From positions 1 through 64,000 of the IMG/VR virus record IMGVR_UViG_3300008050_000026: a DNA stretch of 64,000 nucleotides; one strand, 5' to 3'. The position numbers were made by a program, and so were the translations under genes. The stretch is from a virus. Below the pieces are notes generated by a model that saw nothing but the letters and a program-made list of their open reading frames with translations, had not been told where the DNA came from and searched no databases. This document shows positions 35,596 through 45,410 of the stretch, piece after piece. The number at the start of each line of letters is the position of its first letter. The stretch's first letter is position 1.

Positions 35596-37248
35596 ATGGC
35601 AACAGAGTTCACGTTTGACGGAAAAACGATAATCATCCCAGGTACTCATTCACGTTTAGTTAGTGGAGTAAAGAACCAACCAGTAGAACTTTCTTATGGA
35701 ACAGCACTTTTCATTGATACTGGAAGTGGTGCAGGATACGGAGGAGGTGCTGGAATAAATGGGGTTACAGCTGATAGGAAAGATGCTTTTTACGAATTTG
35801 ACAATCTTCGCGATTTTCAAAATTTCGTTGGGGGAAACCTACCTTGGTTACTTGCTACACCATTATTCAAACCTGCAGGATCTGGTATTCAAGGTCTTTC
35901 AAAACTTATTTACGTACGAGCTGCCAGAACAGCCCCCGGAACTTTAACAATTGAATTTGTAGGTGATGGAACGGCTTCAGTATCTACTTCAATCAACAAT
36001 GGTGGATCATTAACCATAAGAACAAAATACGAAGGGCTTACTGCAAATGGTGCTTTATCACCAGACCTATCAAGATTGTCAAGAGGTTTTGGTGTAACAA
36101 TGGAAGCCGGCATTGATGATACTGCAAAATTTGTATTAAAATTCTGGCGAGGTGCTTTCACTGGAAACGATGCAAATGGATTTCCACATGATGGAATTGC
36201 TGAAAATGATGGTAATCCAATTCTTCTTACAACAAGTCCAGAATTTGACAACGTTGCTGAATTGGTAACATGGATGCAGGGTGATTTTGAATTCAATGGT
36301 TTCTTTGAACTTACAGGTTCAGCAGTAAATGGTACAGGTGCTGTTGATCAATACGACCTTTTAGATTTTGGAACAATTCAATTGTTTACAGGGGGAGCAG
36401 AAACATTTGGATCAACAAGTTTAGATGATGTTCTTGAAGATATTGCAAACATGGATTTCAGTTTCATTCTTTGTGATAGATATGGTACTGAGTCACAGCA
36501 TGGAAACAATTTCAGAATTGCTGCCGCTGCAAACGATCACAAATACGAACCAGAAGTTTACATAGCATCTCAGGATGATAGATCTGGTTTTGCTTTATCA
36601 AAAGCTGATTGTGTATACTATGATAATGAGAACACTACTGTAGTCCATGGTGCTGTAAGGATTTCAAATCGAAATTCAGCATTGGGTTATAGGGTCTATT
36701 CATCGATATACAAAGCAGCTGGACTATTAGGGCGTGAAGCAGGTCGTCCACCACAAGTACCTTTGACAAACAAAAATATTGCAATCTCTGGTGAGGAGCA
36801 TGCACTATCGGAAAAAGAAGCTAAGCAGGCTTTGAAGATAGGTTTGCTTGTAACATGGAAAGACAATGGTAAGTTCGTTTGTATCAAAGGTGTAAACTCA
36901 CTTCAAAAAAATACTTACTTGTTGAACGAGGATGGAACAACCCACTCTAAGCAATTGCGAAGAATGGGTCGTCAACTCAACAAGGAGATCATCATCAATT
37001 CAAAAGCTCAATTGCTTGATCAAGAAGAAGGAGTTAACAGAAATACACTTTCTGAAGCTGATGTGAAAACATGGTTATTCGGTTATTTGAAACTGAAAAC
37101 AGCTGACTCTGAAACTGATAACTTGGTGATCTCACAAAGAAATATAACAGTTACGAGAAATCAGGATTTATACGATGTCGAATATGAGGTTGTAATGAAT
37201 ACTGAAATATCGTTCATCTTATTCACAGGTAAAATCGTAGATTTGTAA
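35596..37248 (+). CDS. tail sheath protein
   Basis: 550 aa; IIPGTHS N-terminus, AAGLLGREAG..VPLTNK, IKGVNSLQ; followed by tube. Confidence 0.88.
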   Translation: MATEFTFDGKTIIIPGTHSRLVSGVKNQPVELSYGTALFIDTGSGAGYGGGAGINGVTADRKDAFYEFDNLRDFQNFVGGNLPWLLATPLFKPAGSGIQGLSKLIYVRAARTAPGTLTIEFVGDGTASVSTSINNGGSLTIRTKYEGLTANGALSPDLSRLSRGFGVTMEAGIDDTAKFVLKFWRGAFTGNDANGFPHDGIAENDGNPILLTTSPEFDNVAELVTWMQGDFEFNGFFELTGSAVNGTGAVDQYDLLDFGTIQLFTGGAETFGSTSLDDVLEDIANMDFSFILCDRYGTESQHGNNFRIAAAANDHKYEPEVYIASQDDRSGFALSKADCVYYDNENTTVVHGAVRISNRNSALGYRVYSSIYKAAGLLGREAGRPPQVPLTNKNIAISGEEHALSEKEAKQALKIGLLVTWKDNGKFVCIKGVNSLQKNTYLLNEDGTTHSKQLRRMGRQLNKEIIINSKAQLLDQEEGVNRNTLSEADVKTWLFGYLKLKTADSETDNLVISQRNITVTRNQDLYDVEYEVVMNTEISFILFTGKIVDL

Positions 37249-37260
37249 TAACGAAACACA

Positions 37261-37764
37261 ATGGATAGAGTATTAACAGGCGCGATAGCATTGGTCAAGA
37301 GTAACGGAGTGGTTATTGGCAAAATGCGTGACATTAACATTCAGGAGAATAATCAACGTCAGCGAATTGGTGGAATAGGAACTATACTACCAAAAGAAAT
37401 TGCTGCCACGATGTGGTCAGGAACCTTATCATGCTCATTCTTTGAAGTTGACTTTAAGAAATCAGGTATACCAAAAGCAATAAGGAGAGATACCGATGGA
37501 GTTGCTGCATCTCAGGCTGGAGGAACTAATAACCCCTCCTTTGAAGATCAAATTGTCCTTGATGAAGTTGGTGTCCAAGTTGATGTTTTCAAAAAGGTCA
37601 CAGATGTGATAGATCCTACTACAGGATTGATCAGGCCAAAACTCGAACCATACGCAGTAGTTGGAAGATGTTTCATCGAAGGTGATGGCGTTCAAATTGC
37701 TGATGGTCAGGTTTCAGGAAGAAATCAGTCATTCCAATATATGGATCCAGTTCTCGAACTATAA
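37261..37764 (+). CDS. tail tube protein
   Basis: 167 aa after sheath; VLTG..IG..GIGTILPKE..SGTL..FQYM. Confidence 0.82.
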   Translation: MDRVLTGAIALVKSNGVVIGKMRDINIQENNQRQRIGGIGTILPKEIAATMWSGTLSCSFFEVDFKKSGIPKAIRRDTDGVAASQAGGTNNPSFEDQIVLDEVGVQVDVFKKVTDVIDPTTGLIRPKLEPYAVVGRCFIEGDGVQIADGQVSGRNQSFQYMDPVLEL

Positions 37765-37794
37765 TCCAACCCTTTATTTTCCAGTTGACACTGT

Positions 37795-37823
37795 GGACGC
37801 CTCCAAATGGGGCGTTTGCTTTG
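37795..37823 (+). terminator. probable terminator after tail tube
   Basis: GACGCCTC-CAAAT-GGGGCGTT hairpin with T-rich tail. Confidence 0.6.
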
Positions 37824-37837
37824 TAATAAAAAATGAT

Positions 37838-37845
37838 TATTTTTG
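37838..37845 (+). promoter_or_regulatory. Bacteroidota-type -7 promoter element
   Basis: TATTTTTG before ATG 37864. Confidence 0.55.
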
Positions 37846-37863
37846 CTTCAAATAAATCGGAAA

Positions 37864-38247
37864 ATGAAAACACCTGAAAGAACAATCAAAGTAAAACTAT
37901 TAGAAAAGGAATACGAGGTTGAATTTCCAGCCACAAGAGGCCTTATCGAAATCAGTATCCAGAAAGCTAATATCTCAAGACAGACGTATGATGCCATTTC
38001 GGCTTCAGGATCTGCTGATGATACATATTCAAGGTTCACAATTGATATGATAGCAACATTTCGGGTAATGATCAAAGACATTGAAAAAGATCTGAATGTT
38101 AGTAATTTCTTGGATCTTGATCCTTTACATGCTAAACAGTTCTTAAGCGTGTATCTTAAAGAGGTTCTACCTTGGATTGTTGAATGGCAAAAAGTTCTGA
38201 ACGCAGAACCTGAAGAGAAGAAAGAACCTTCAGATGGCCAATCATGA
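37864..38247 (+). CDS. tail assembly chaperone
   Basis: Position between tube and tape measure; ATG 37864. Confidence 0.65.
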   Translation: MKTPERTIKVKLLEKEYEVEFPATRGLIEISIQKANISRQTYDAISASGSADDTYSRFTIDMIATFRVMIKDIEKDLNVSNFLDLDPLHAKQFLSVYLKEVLPWIVEWQKVLNAEPEEKKEPSDGQS

Positions 38248-38575
38248 TAATTTTCTAAGCAAAATTGAAGATATTCGTGGCTTTCTGATTGAATGGAACA
38301 ATACTTATCCATTTGATAGAATATACAGGAAGAAATATAATATCCCGTTTGGTTCTGAGGAACACCTCAGCATAAATCAAATAGACGTATATTTGGATAT
38401 CGCTGAGGATAGGCTATTCAATAATCTGTTCGTTGACCTGTCAGAAGTAGATAGTGGTAGAAAGAAATACAAGCACGGTGAAATCTATCGCGAAGAAAAA
38501 GAGTCAGAAGAGGTAATCTCTGAATTGTTCGACAAGATCGACATTAACGATATACAAGACAATGGCGGACAATAA
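38234..38575 (+). CDS. second tail assembly chaperone
   Basis: WNNTYPFDRIYRKKYNIPFGS; position. Confidence 0.6.
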   Translation: MANHDNFLSKIEDIRGFLIEWNNTYPFDRIYRKKYNIPFGSEEHLSINQIDVYLDIAEDRLFNNLFVDLSEVDSGRKKYKHGEIYREEKESEEVISELFDKIDINDIQDNGGQ

Positions 38576-40499
38576 AACAGTAAACTTTAAGGGAAAAGAT
38601 GGTGGCATCAATCAGTTGATGGACCAGTATAAGCGTAAAGCTGATACGATGTATTCAAACATGAAGCGTGATGCTGATAGTTTGAACATGTCCTTAGAGA
38701 AGCAGGTCAAGTTTATGAACCAACAGGTTGATACCCTTGAAAAACAATCACGTCTCATTAAACAACGCTTAGTAGACCAAGCAGCATCAGATTTTCAAAG
38801 TGAGTCATTCAATTCAAGGAATGCTCAACAAAGGGAACAAGCCAATATAGGTTATAGAACTACCATTGAAGGTGCTGAGTCAAAAAGAACAGAAGATAGG
38901 GAAGTAATTGGGTTGCTCCGTGAAATGATCAGAGCTAATGAGGACGATGAATTTGTAGATGAAGCACGAAGTTCTGGTCCAAATGGTCCCAATGGGAATA
39001 TTATGGACATTCTGAAAAGAATGGAGAAGGAACTCAAAGGTATTAATAAGAATACAGGTATTACTGCTGGAGTGGGTGGAGCTGCTGGAGGTGCGGCAGG
39101 TGGGTTCTTTGGAAGTCTATTTGGAAATCGCGCTTCAGGTGCTGGCGGAGGTTTTGGAGGCGGAGGTGCTGGCGGAGGTTTTGGAGGAGGTCATGGAGGA
39201 GGCAGTCATGGTATTTTTGGAGGAATGCTTCGAGCCAATATGGTAGAAAATCTTGCTAAGAAACTTGGTAAGATGGGTAATGTTAAAAGTGAAAATGAGA
39301 TGATAGGATCTTGGGCTGGCTTAATGGCTCAAGGTGCAATATCAGCCCCATTGGTAGCAGCTGCTGCATTAGGTGATATGTTTGGATATGAAGGAGGTAC
39401 TGATCTTGCCTTAAAATTAGGTGAAGTAGGGGGCGAGGTTGTAGGTGAAGCTAAATCAAGAGAACTTGAGGAGTTTGAACAATATGAAATTCCAATGTTC
39501 AAATTAGGAGCAACAACTGGACAAAGAACTTCTAAAGATCTTTCTGGGTTAGGTATTGAACGAAGTAAATCAGTACAATTATCATTAGAACTTGCAAAAG
39601 CACAAATGAGTAGAAATGCTTTACTATCAAGGACAAATCTTGTTGCAAGAGGTGAAGCTGGTTTAGGTTTAGATAGAAGTACAATGCTTGGTCTTGCTGG
39701 AATGTCAAGAATGACTTCTGGTGATATGTTAGAAAACATGTCTGGTTTGTATGGTAATATGAGGTCACAAGGTCTAATGGGATCTTCAAATATGTTGCCA
39801 TTTCATGAAGCTATGCAATTTCAATTGGCTTTTGGTCAACAAAAAGGAAGTTCATTAGAAAGTTTGAATTCAGGTGATCTATCGGGGGCTGTAACAATGA
39901 TGAGAGGAATAGGGGGAGGTTTTGGTGATCAAAGAGGACTTGGAAGAATGACACAAATAGATCAAGGGCTTGCAAAACCAGGGAATGATTATCAAAAAGC
40001 AAGATCTTTTTCTGCATTGTCAAAACTCAATCCTAATGCTTCGTATTTTGAATTACTCGAAATGCAAGAAAAAGGAGTTATGCAAGAAGGTTATCTTGGT
40101 GCTATGTTGAAACAACTTGAAGGTGAAGTTGGTGGAGGACAAAATCTTATGATGGGAGCAATGTCAGAATTTGGTGTATCACCTGAAGTAAGTAGATCAT
40201 TAGTTGAAAAGTTTGAAAAGGATAGAACATATTTTGACAAATTTGCAGGTAGTACTGAAGATGCTGCTACAATGGCTGGTTTCAAAGGCGAGTTAGGTGG
40301 GAAATTAGCAGGTTCAGAACAATGGGTAACACACATGGAAGTTTCAGTAGCAAAAATTGCTGATGCTTTTGTAGAGTCTTGGCATAAAGGTATTACTGAA
40401 GCATTTTCATATAGTGGTCATAAGATGTCAAAAGAATTAAAACGAGAAATAGATAAATTATTCCATTCTGAACATGGAACTCATCATCAAATTCACTAA
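38562..40499 (+). CDS. tape measure protein
   Basis: 645 aa, helical, Gly/Ala/Met-rich; follows chaperones. Confidence 0.75.
   Translation: MADNKTVNFKGKDGGINQLMDQYKRKADTMYSNMKRDADSLNMSLEKQVKFMNQQVDTLEKQSRLIKQRLVDQAASDFQSESFNSRNAQQREQANIGYRTTIEGAESKRTEDREVIGLLREMIRANEDDEFVDEARSSGPNGPNGNIMDILKRMEKELKGINKNTGITAGVGGAAGGAAGGFFGSLFGNRASGAGGGFGGGGAGGGFGGGHGGGSHGIFGGMLRANMVENLAKKLGKMGNVKSENEMIGSWAGLMAQGAISAPLVAAAALGDMFGYEGGTDLALKLGEVGGEVVGEAKSRELEEFEQYEIPMFKLGATTGQRTSKDLSGLGIERSKSVQLSLELAKAQMSRNALLSRTNLVARGEAGLGLDRSTMLGLAGMSRMTSGDMLENMSGLYGNMRSQGLMGSSNMLPFHEAMQFQLAFGQQKGSSLESLNSGDLSGAVTMMRGIGGGFGDQRGLGRMTQIDQGLAKPGNDYQKARSFSALSKLNPNASYFELLEMQEKGVMQEGYLGAMLKQLEGEVGGGQNLMMGAMSEFGVSPEVSRSLVEKFEKDRTYFDKFAGSTEDAATMAGFKGELGGKLAGSEQWVTHMEVSVAKIADAFVESWHKGITEAFSYSGHKMSKELKREIDKLFHSEHGTHHQIH
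39138..39187 (+). repeat. 27-bp-period tandem repeat encoding a Gly-rich tract
   Basis: GGTGCTGGCGGAGGTTTTGGAGG occurs twice. Confidence 0.85.
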
Positions 40500-43213
40500 T
40501 GAGGGAAGAATTATTTGAATACACTCATCAAGATAAGTCTCAAGCTGTATTGGGTGACATCGTTGAAGATCTTGCTTCTGTATTGTATGGTTCGCTATTA
40601 CATGAAGTACTTCTTGTCAAAGATGATAATGGTGTTGATAATATATCCCGCCTTGTTGAGTTCTATACTGAGGATGATCTTCAAACAAACTCAGAAGACT
40701 CGATCAGATCGTTTGCGGAAGCGATAAAAGAAACAAAGGCAACTGAGAATGATGATCAATTAAAAAATCTTAAGGTCTACAACCAGACAGTATTCATGGT
40801 CGATATGCATCTTGTTGAAAGGATGCTTGTATTTACACAATCAACTCAACAAGTTGATCAATCGTCATATAATGCATTTATGTCAGAGGCGCATTATCGT
40901 TTGCTTCGAAGTCCATTACATCAACAGGTTCTTGAGTCAAAAAATGTTTCAAGAGGTGTTGCAAAGAATTTATTTGTACATGCTTCTGTATGGGGGTGGT
41001 CAAAAACGCTTTCACTTGATAATGATGGAAACTATAAAGATGTAATTGTAAATTGCTCGCCTTTCCTGTTTGATCTTACAACTGAAACAAATGAAAATGG
41101 TGGAAGTTTTCAAATGTCATTAGCTCCAGTTCAAGCTGAATATAGAGATGATAATTGGCAGATCAAAGATGGTTCATTGAAAGGATCACCTGACAATCGT
41201 ATTTCACATTCCAATTTGCATACCAATAATTTTAACAGGTCTGATTATTATTTTGAAAAGATATTTCAGGAAAATGACGTGATTTTCATCAGGTTTGAAA
41301 CACTTGAGATAGAAAAACAATCAAGATATGATAATGCAAGGAAATTATTCATAGATAAGACTGAAATACCAAACAAGCCTTATGATATGATAGCCCTCAT
41401 TGATGGTGTTGATATAACAACTGATCCTGAGTCAAATGAAGTTTCTGTTAAAATAAGAGGTAGGGATCTTACAAAATTACTTATTGAGGATGGTGTGTAT
41501 TTCTATCCACAGTTATTTGCAACAGGTGGAATGTTCGCTAACATATCAGATGACGATAAGCTTAAGAGATATGACGGACAATTACAGAGTCTGTTTGTGT
41601 TTTCATTCAAGAACGTTTCGACAACGTTAAAATTCATCATGAATGCACTTTCAAATATTGAAATCGTTTCCGATAAATTATTTGAACCATATAGTAACAG
41701 TAAAGACTTTGATGGGAATATTAAGGATAGACGAAATTATTTCTATTCTGAAAAGGAATTGACAGAAGCCTTAGCGTATGAAAAACGTGATACTGATGTC
41801 AAAAAGGTAATATCAGAAATTGAAGATGCAAGGGCATTAAGGGGGTTAATAAATTCAACACCTCTTGCAATATTACAGAATTTGAACTTATTTGTTGCTC
41901 ATTTGATAAAATATGATTTGTTCAATGTAGTAGATGGAGGAGATTTTGTTGGATTACCTAAAGGTTGGGGAGCTACTACGTATGATGGTCAAAATCTAAA
42001 GGCTAATGAACTTCCTTTATTTTCTAAGGATACTTTGATGTCAAAGTTACCTGGGCTCAATAGGATGATTTTGAATTTGACGAAACCCACATTGATAACT
42101 TCTCAAGGTACAATACATCAAGACATTGACGTACTTGGAATAGTAACACTTGTTCGAGAAAATCTTGTTTCTGTGGGTGTGACAAGTAATTTTAGACAAT
42201 TACCCACTGAAAATCCTGCTAAAGGAATTTGGCAGATCATAAATCTTGTAATTGATGAGTCGGTTCAACAAAGACGTTTGACTGACTCAAGTATTGGAAA
42301 TGAGCATGGTAGTCTCATTAATGCTGTTAAAAAGATTTGTCAATCACCTTTTGTAGAGTTTTTTACAGATACATATTATGATAAATTTTATTTCGTAGCA
42401 AGAAAACAACCTTTCGATAGGAAATCATTGGAAAGTGTTTTGAATGGTACAGTTGTAATTGATACCACAAAAGAAAGTTACGGGAATGATTATGGTCCTC
42501 TTATTGTTGATATTAATGAAGAAGATATTCTTCAAGAAAACATAACGTATGGTGATACTGCATTTTCATGGTATTACTTGAGACCTATAAATATGTTGAA
42601 TGGTGGTGTAAATGATATGAACTTTGCTTATTTGAAAGCAGTTTATTTCAAACGCTATGCTGAGATATGGGGGTCCAAGCCTTATGACATTTCGACGAAT
42701 TACATTGATTACTATTCAGTTCAGGATAAGGAGTTGAGAAACTCAGTTGGTCGATACATAAAACAAGGTATCTATGATCTGAAATTCATTATTGACATTC
42801 ACGCGCATTTACCTTTTACAAGAAAAGGGAACATAACAATAACACCCAACCGTAGAATAAAACGAGCAAATTATGTACGTCTTGTTTCAACAGGTGAGAT
42901 ATTCTATGTTGATGGAGTGGAACAGAATATGGCTGTTACTAATAGTGAAATAACAAGAAGCACAAATCTTACTATTTCAAGAGGTATGGTTGAGAAACAT
43001 ATCAACCCACCTGAATTAAGTCCAAATCAAGATAGTGGTCTTTATTCGTATTTTGACATCATAAATACAGACATTCCAGAAGGTATTTTTGAACAAAAGT
43101 CAGATGATGGTCAAGCGTTAAGTGCTAACGAATACAACGAAAAGATCTTGGCTAACTGGGGTGTAAATGATGATGTATTTGATTTTTTCTTAAAAAAGAA
43201 ACAATTTCTATAA
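40499..43213 (+). CDS. baseplate hub-like protein
   Basis: 904 aa; IRGRDLTKLLIED, PFVEFF..RKQPF, KGNITI..FYVDGVEQ..LTISRG. Confidence 0.7.
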   Translation: MREELFEYTHQDKSQAVLGDIVEDLASVLYGSLLHEVLLVKDDNGVDNISRLVEFYTEDDLQTNSEDSIRSFAEAIKETKATENDDQLKNLKVYNQTVFMVDMHLVERMLVFTQSTQQVDQSSYNAFMSEAHYRLLRSPLHQQVLESKNVSRGVAKNLFVHASVWGWSKTLSLDNDGNYKDVIVNCSPFLFDLTTETNENGGSFQMSLAPVQAEYRDDNWQIKDGSLKGSPDNRISHSNLHTNNFNRSDYYFEKIFQENDVIFIRFETLEIEKQSRYDNARKLFIDKTEIPNKPYDMIALIDGVDITTDPESNEVSVKIRGRDLTKLLIEDGVYFYPQLFATGGMFANISDDDKLKRYDGQLQSLFVFSFKNVSTTLKFIMNALSNIEIVSDKLFEPYSNSKDFDGNIKDRRNYFYSEKELTEALAYEKRDTDVKKVISEIEDARALRGLINSTPLAILQNLNLFVAHLIKYDLFNVVDGGDFVGLPKGWGATTYDGQNLKANELPLFSKDTLMSKLPGLNRMILNLTKPTLITSQGTIHQDIDVLGIVTLVRENLVSVGVTSNFRQLPTENPAKGIWQIINLVIDESVQQRRLTDSSIGNEHGSLINAVKKICQSPFVEFFTDTYYDKFYFVARKQPFDRKSLESVLNGTVVIDTTKESYGNDYGPLIVDINEEDILQENITYGDTAFSWYYLRPINMLNGGVNDMNFAYLKAVYFKRYAEIWGSKPYDISTNYIDYYSVQDKELRNSVGRYIKQGIYDLKFIIDIHAHLPFTRKGNITITPNRRIKRANYVRLVSTGEIFYVDGVEQNMAVTNSEITRSTNLTISRGMVEKHINPPELSPNQDSGLYSYFDIINTDIPEGIFEQKSDDGQALSANEYNEKILANWGVNDDVFDFFLKKKQFL

Positions 43214-44133
43214 TGTTTGGAAATCGTAAATATGGAGTAACAACGCAAAGGGCTGGAACCAGATATTATACTGGGTTTGGATACGTTGCTTTACCTAAAG
43301 ATCTTGATAGGGATAAATACATCAACAACTGTTTGAGAACAAATTCTATTACAATATTGTTTGAAAATGGGGGATGGGCTGATAATGTACCTGTTGCAAA
43401 AGGATTATTCGAACACATAGAATTTCCAGACGATCCTGAAAAATTAGGTAGTCAAGTTGTTTATTCAAGCCTTAACGCTACAGGTTGGTTGTTTATTACA
43501 GCAGTTCTTCCTAAAAACAACGAGGTTGTTGTTACCAATGAACTTCAATTTGTAAAGCAAAGAAGTGGTTCTAACGGAGTAGTATCAATAGTAGGCGATG
43601 CTTTGAAGCAATTTGTGAATATCACAGTGTCGAGTTTCAAAAAAGGAATGGGTTCATTCAATTTATCTGTATCAAATCCAGATAAGACAGCTGAATTGAA
43701 CGTTAGGGTAAAAGGTTCAAAGAATTCAGATATTGAAGGTTCCGAAAATAAGGAGATCCTTGGTACAAAGACAACAACTGTTTCAGATAAATACGTCATA
43801 AATGTAAGTGAAGATGATACACTTACAACCATTACCATAGAAAAGGATGTTGGAGTAATAATTGAAGATCAATATGACAATAAGTTAGAGTTGAAGAAAG
43901 ATGGTGTTTTCTGGAATGGTGGGGATAACGGTGGTTTGATAAATATTTCAGACATTGTTGCTCAAATGAATAAGAATGAAAAGCTCACAAATAATCTGTT
44001 GGCTGCATTACAAGGGGTTGTAGTTCCACTTGCTCCATCTGGAACGTATCCTTTTGCTCCATTGTTCTCTGCTTATCAACCTCTCGCTGAAACTCAGAAG
44101 GATCAAATTGAAGATACTAAAGTCAATCATTAA
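43213..44133 (+). CDS. baseplate spike-like protein
   Basis: Follows hub; beta-strand repeats in C-half. Confidence 0.55.
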   Translation: MFGNRKYGVTTQRAGTRYYTGFGYVALPKDLDRDKYINNCLRTNSITILFENGGWADNVPVAKGLFEHIEFPDDPEKLGSQVVYSSLNATGWLFITAVLPKNNEVVVTNELQFVKQRSGSNGVVSIVGDALKQFVNITVSSFKKGMGSFNLSVSNPDKTAELNVRVKGSKNSDIEGSENKEILGTKTTTVSDKYVINVSEDDTLTTITIEKDVGVIIEDQYDNKLELKKDGVFWNGGDNGGLINISDIVAQMNKNEKLTNNLLAALQGVVVPLAPSGTYPFAPLFSAYQPLAETQKDQIEDTKVNH

Positions 44134-44136
44134 ACA

Positions 44137-44144
44137 TATATTTG
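44137..44144 (+). promoter_or_regulatory. Bacteroidota-type -7 promoter element
   Basis: TATATTTG before endolysin. Confidence 0.6.
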
Positions 44145-44157
44145 TAAAAACATCGTT

Positions 44158-44664
44158 ATGAAATATAGTTCAGGAAATAAATTCGGTTCAAGATCAAAAG
44201 AAATTCTTGCAACGTGTCATGCTGATCTTCAACTTATTCACAATACAGCAATAGGACAATGTCCCGTTGATTATGGTCCACATGCTGGCGCCAGAACAAT
44301 TCCTGAACAGCAAAAATATTTTGATGAAAGTAAATCGAGAATAAATCCGAAATCATATCCTTCACCAGAAGCTTTGGCTAAGGTAGCCAAGCATATCACT
44401 ATTCCTGATCATCCAGAATACGATAAAAGTAGAGCAACTGATCATCATGTTGCTGAAAAGCATAATGGAAAGGCACTTACTTGGGATGAAATTCATCTTG
44501 CTTTTACTGCCGGCTATTTAATACGCGTTTCTCACGAATTACACAACGCTGGGAAAATCCAACATATTTTACGTTGGGGCGGAGATTGGGACTCAGATGG
44601 GGTCATCGCATTGGACCATAAGTTAAAGGACATGCCTCATTTGGAACTAATCAAAGTTAAATAA
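44158..44664 (+). CDS. endolysin, M15 L-Ala-D-Glu peptidase type
   Basis: SKEILATCHADLQ, GARTIPEQ, KH..SRATD, LRWGGDW..DMPHLEL. Confidence 0.88.
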   Translation: MKYSSGNKFGSRSKEILATCHADLQLIHNTAIGQCPVDYGPHAGARTIPEQQKYFDESKSRINPKSYPSPEALAKVAKHITIPDHPEYDKSRATDHHVAEKHNGKALTWDEIHLAFTAGYLIRVSHELHNAGKIQHILRWGGDWDSDGVIALDHKLKDMPHLELIKVK

Positions 44665-45410
44665 TGGCATCAACGATAGAGTCGGTAAGGGAAGTTTACA
44701 AAAACTTAAGAGGTAGTTACGGTAAGGTTGGATTGAATGCCGTATTTCCTAATGATTTTGAAGCCTATATGATGGGCCTCGAACTTGTGAATGGATCTGG
44801 AGAGGTTGAAGAGTATTTCGTATTTCCTATCAATCCAAATCAACTTGTGGAGGTTTCTAAAAGGATTACATCCATTAGAAAAACGTTGGGAGGTGTTTCA
44901 ATACACTCAACAGAAAAATTCATACCTACAGATATTACTATGCAAGGAACCTTTGGTAGGAAATTGAAATTTCTTATTGGTGATGATATAATCAACTTTG
45001 CAGGATTGTCATTTGGTTTCAAAAAGAATAGGTTCAAATTTGATTTCAACACGAACGCTGCAGCAAGGGAACTTACAAGGCAGGTAAAAACTGGTTACGG
45101 TTGTATTAAGGTATTGGAGTCAGTATGTAATCGGAGTGAAACACTTGATGAGAATGGAAAACCTTATGAGTTGTATTTGTACAACCTTGCTTTAGGGAAT
45201 AGTTATCTTGTAAAGGTACTTGATCTTACTTTTTCACAAAGTGAACAAATGAATATGATCTGGAGTTACAATCTTGTATTAAAATCAATCGCACCAATTG
45301 ATCAGGTAAAAAGAAGATCAGCATTGAACCTGATAAGAGCGATGGGTGCTGGTTTTGTACAAAGTACAGCAAATGCACATTTGCCTAAATTGCTTAAGAT
45401 GCTTGGCTAA
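44664..45410 (+). CDS. baseplate protein (tube-initiator-like)
   Basis: FPINP..IRKTLGG..ITMQGTFG..WSYNL. Confidence 0.65.
   Translation: MASTIESVREVYKNLRGSYGKVGLNAVFPNDFEAYMMGLELVNGSGEVEEYFVFPINPNQLVEVSKRITSIRKTLGGVSIHSTEKFIPTDITMQGTFGRKLKFLIGDDIINFAGLSFGFKKNRFKFDFNTNAAARELTRQVKTGYGCIKVLESVCNRSETLDENGKPYELYLYNLALGNSYLVKVLDLTFSQSEQMNMIWSYNLVLKSIAPIDQVKRRSALNLIRAMGAGFVQSTANAHLPKLLKMLG

Noticed and set aside
37864-38575. Programmed frameshift between the tail chaperones
   Set aside because: No clear slippery heptamer near the overlap, and the second ORF has its own ATG; not excluded but unsupported.
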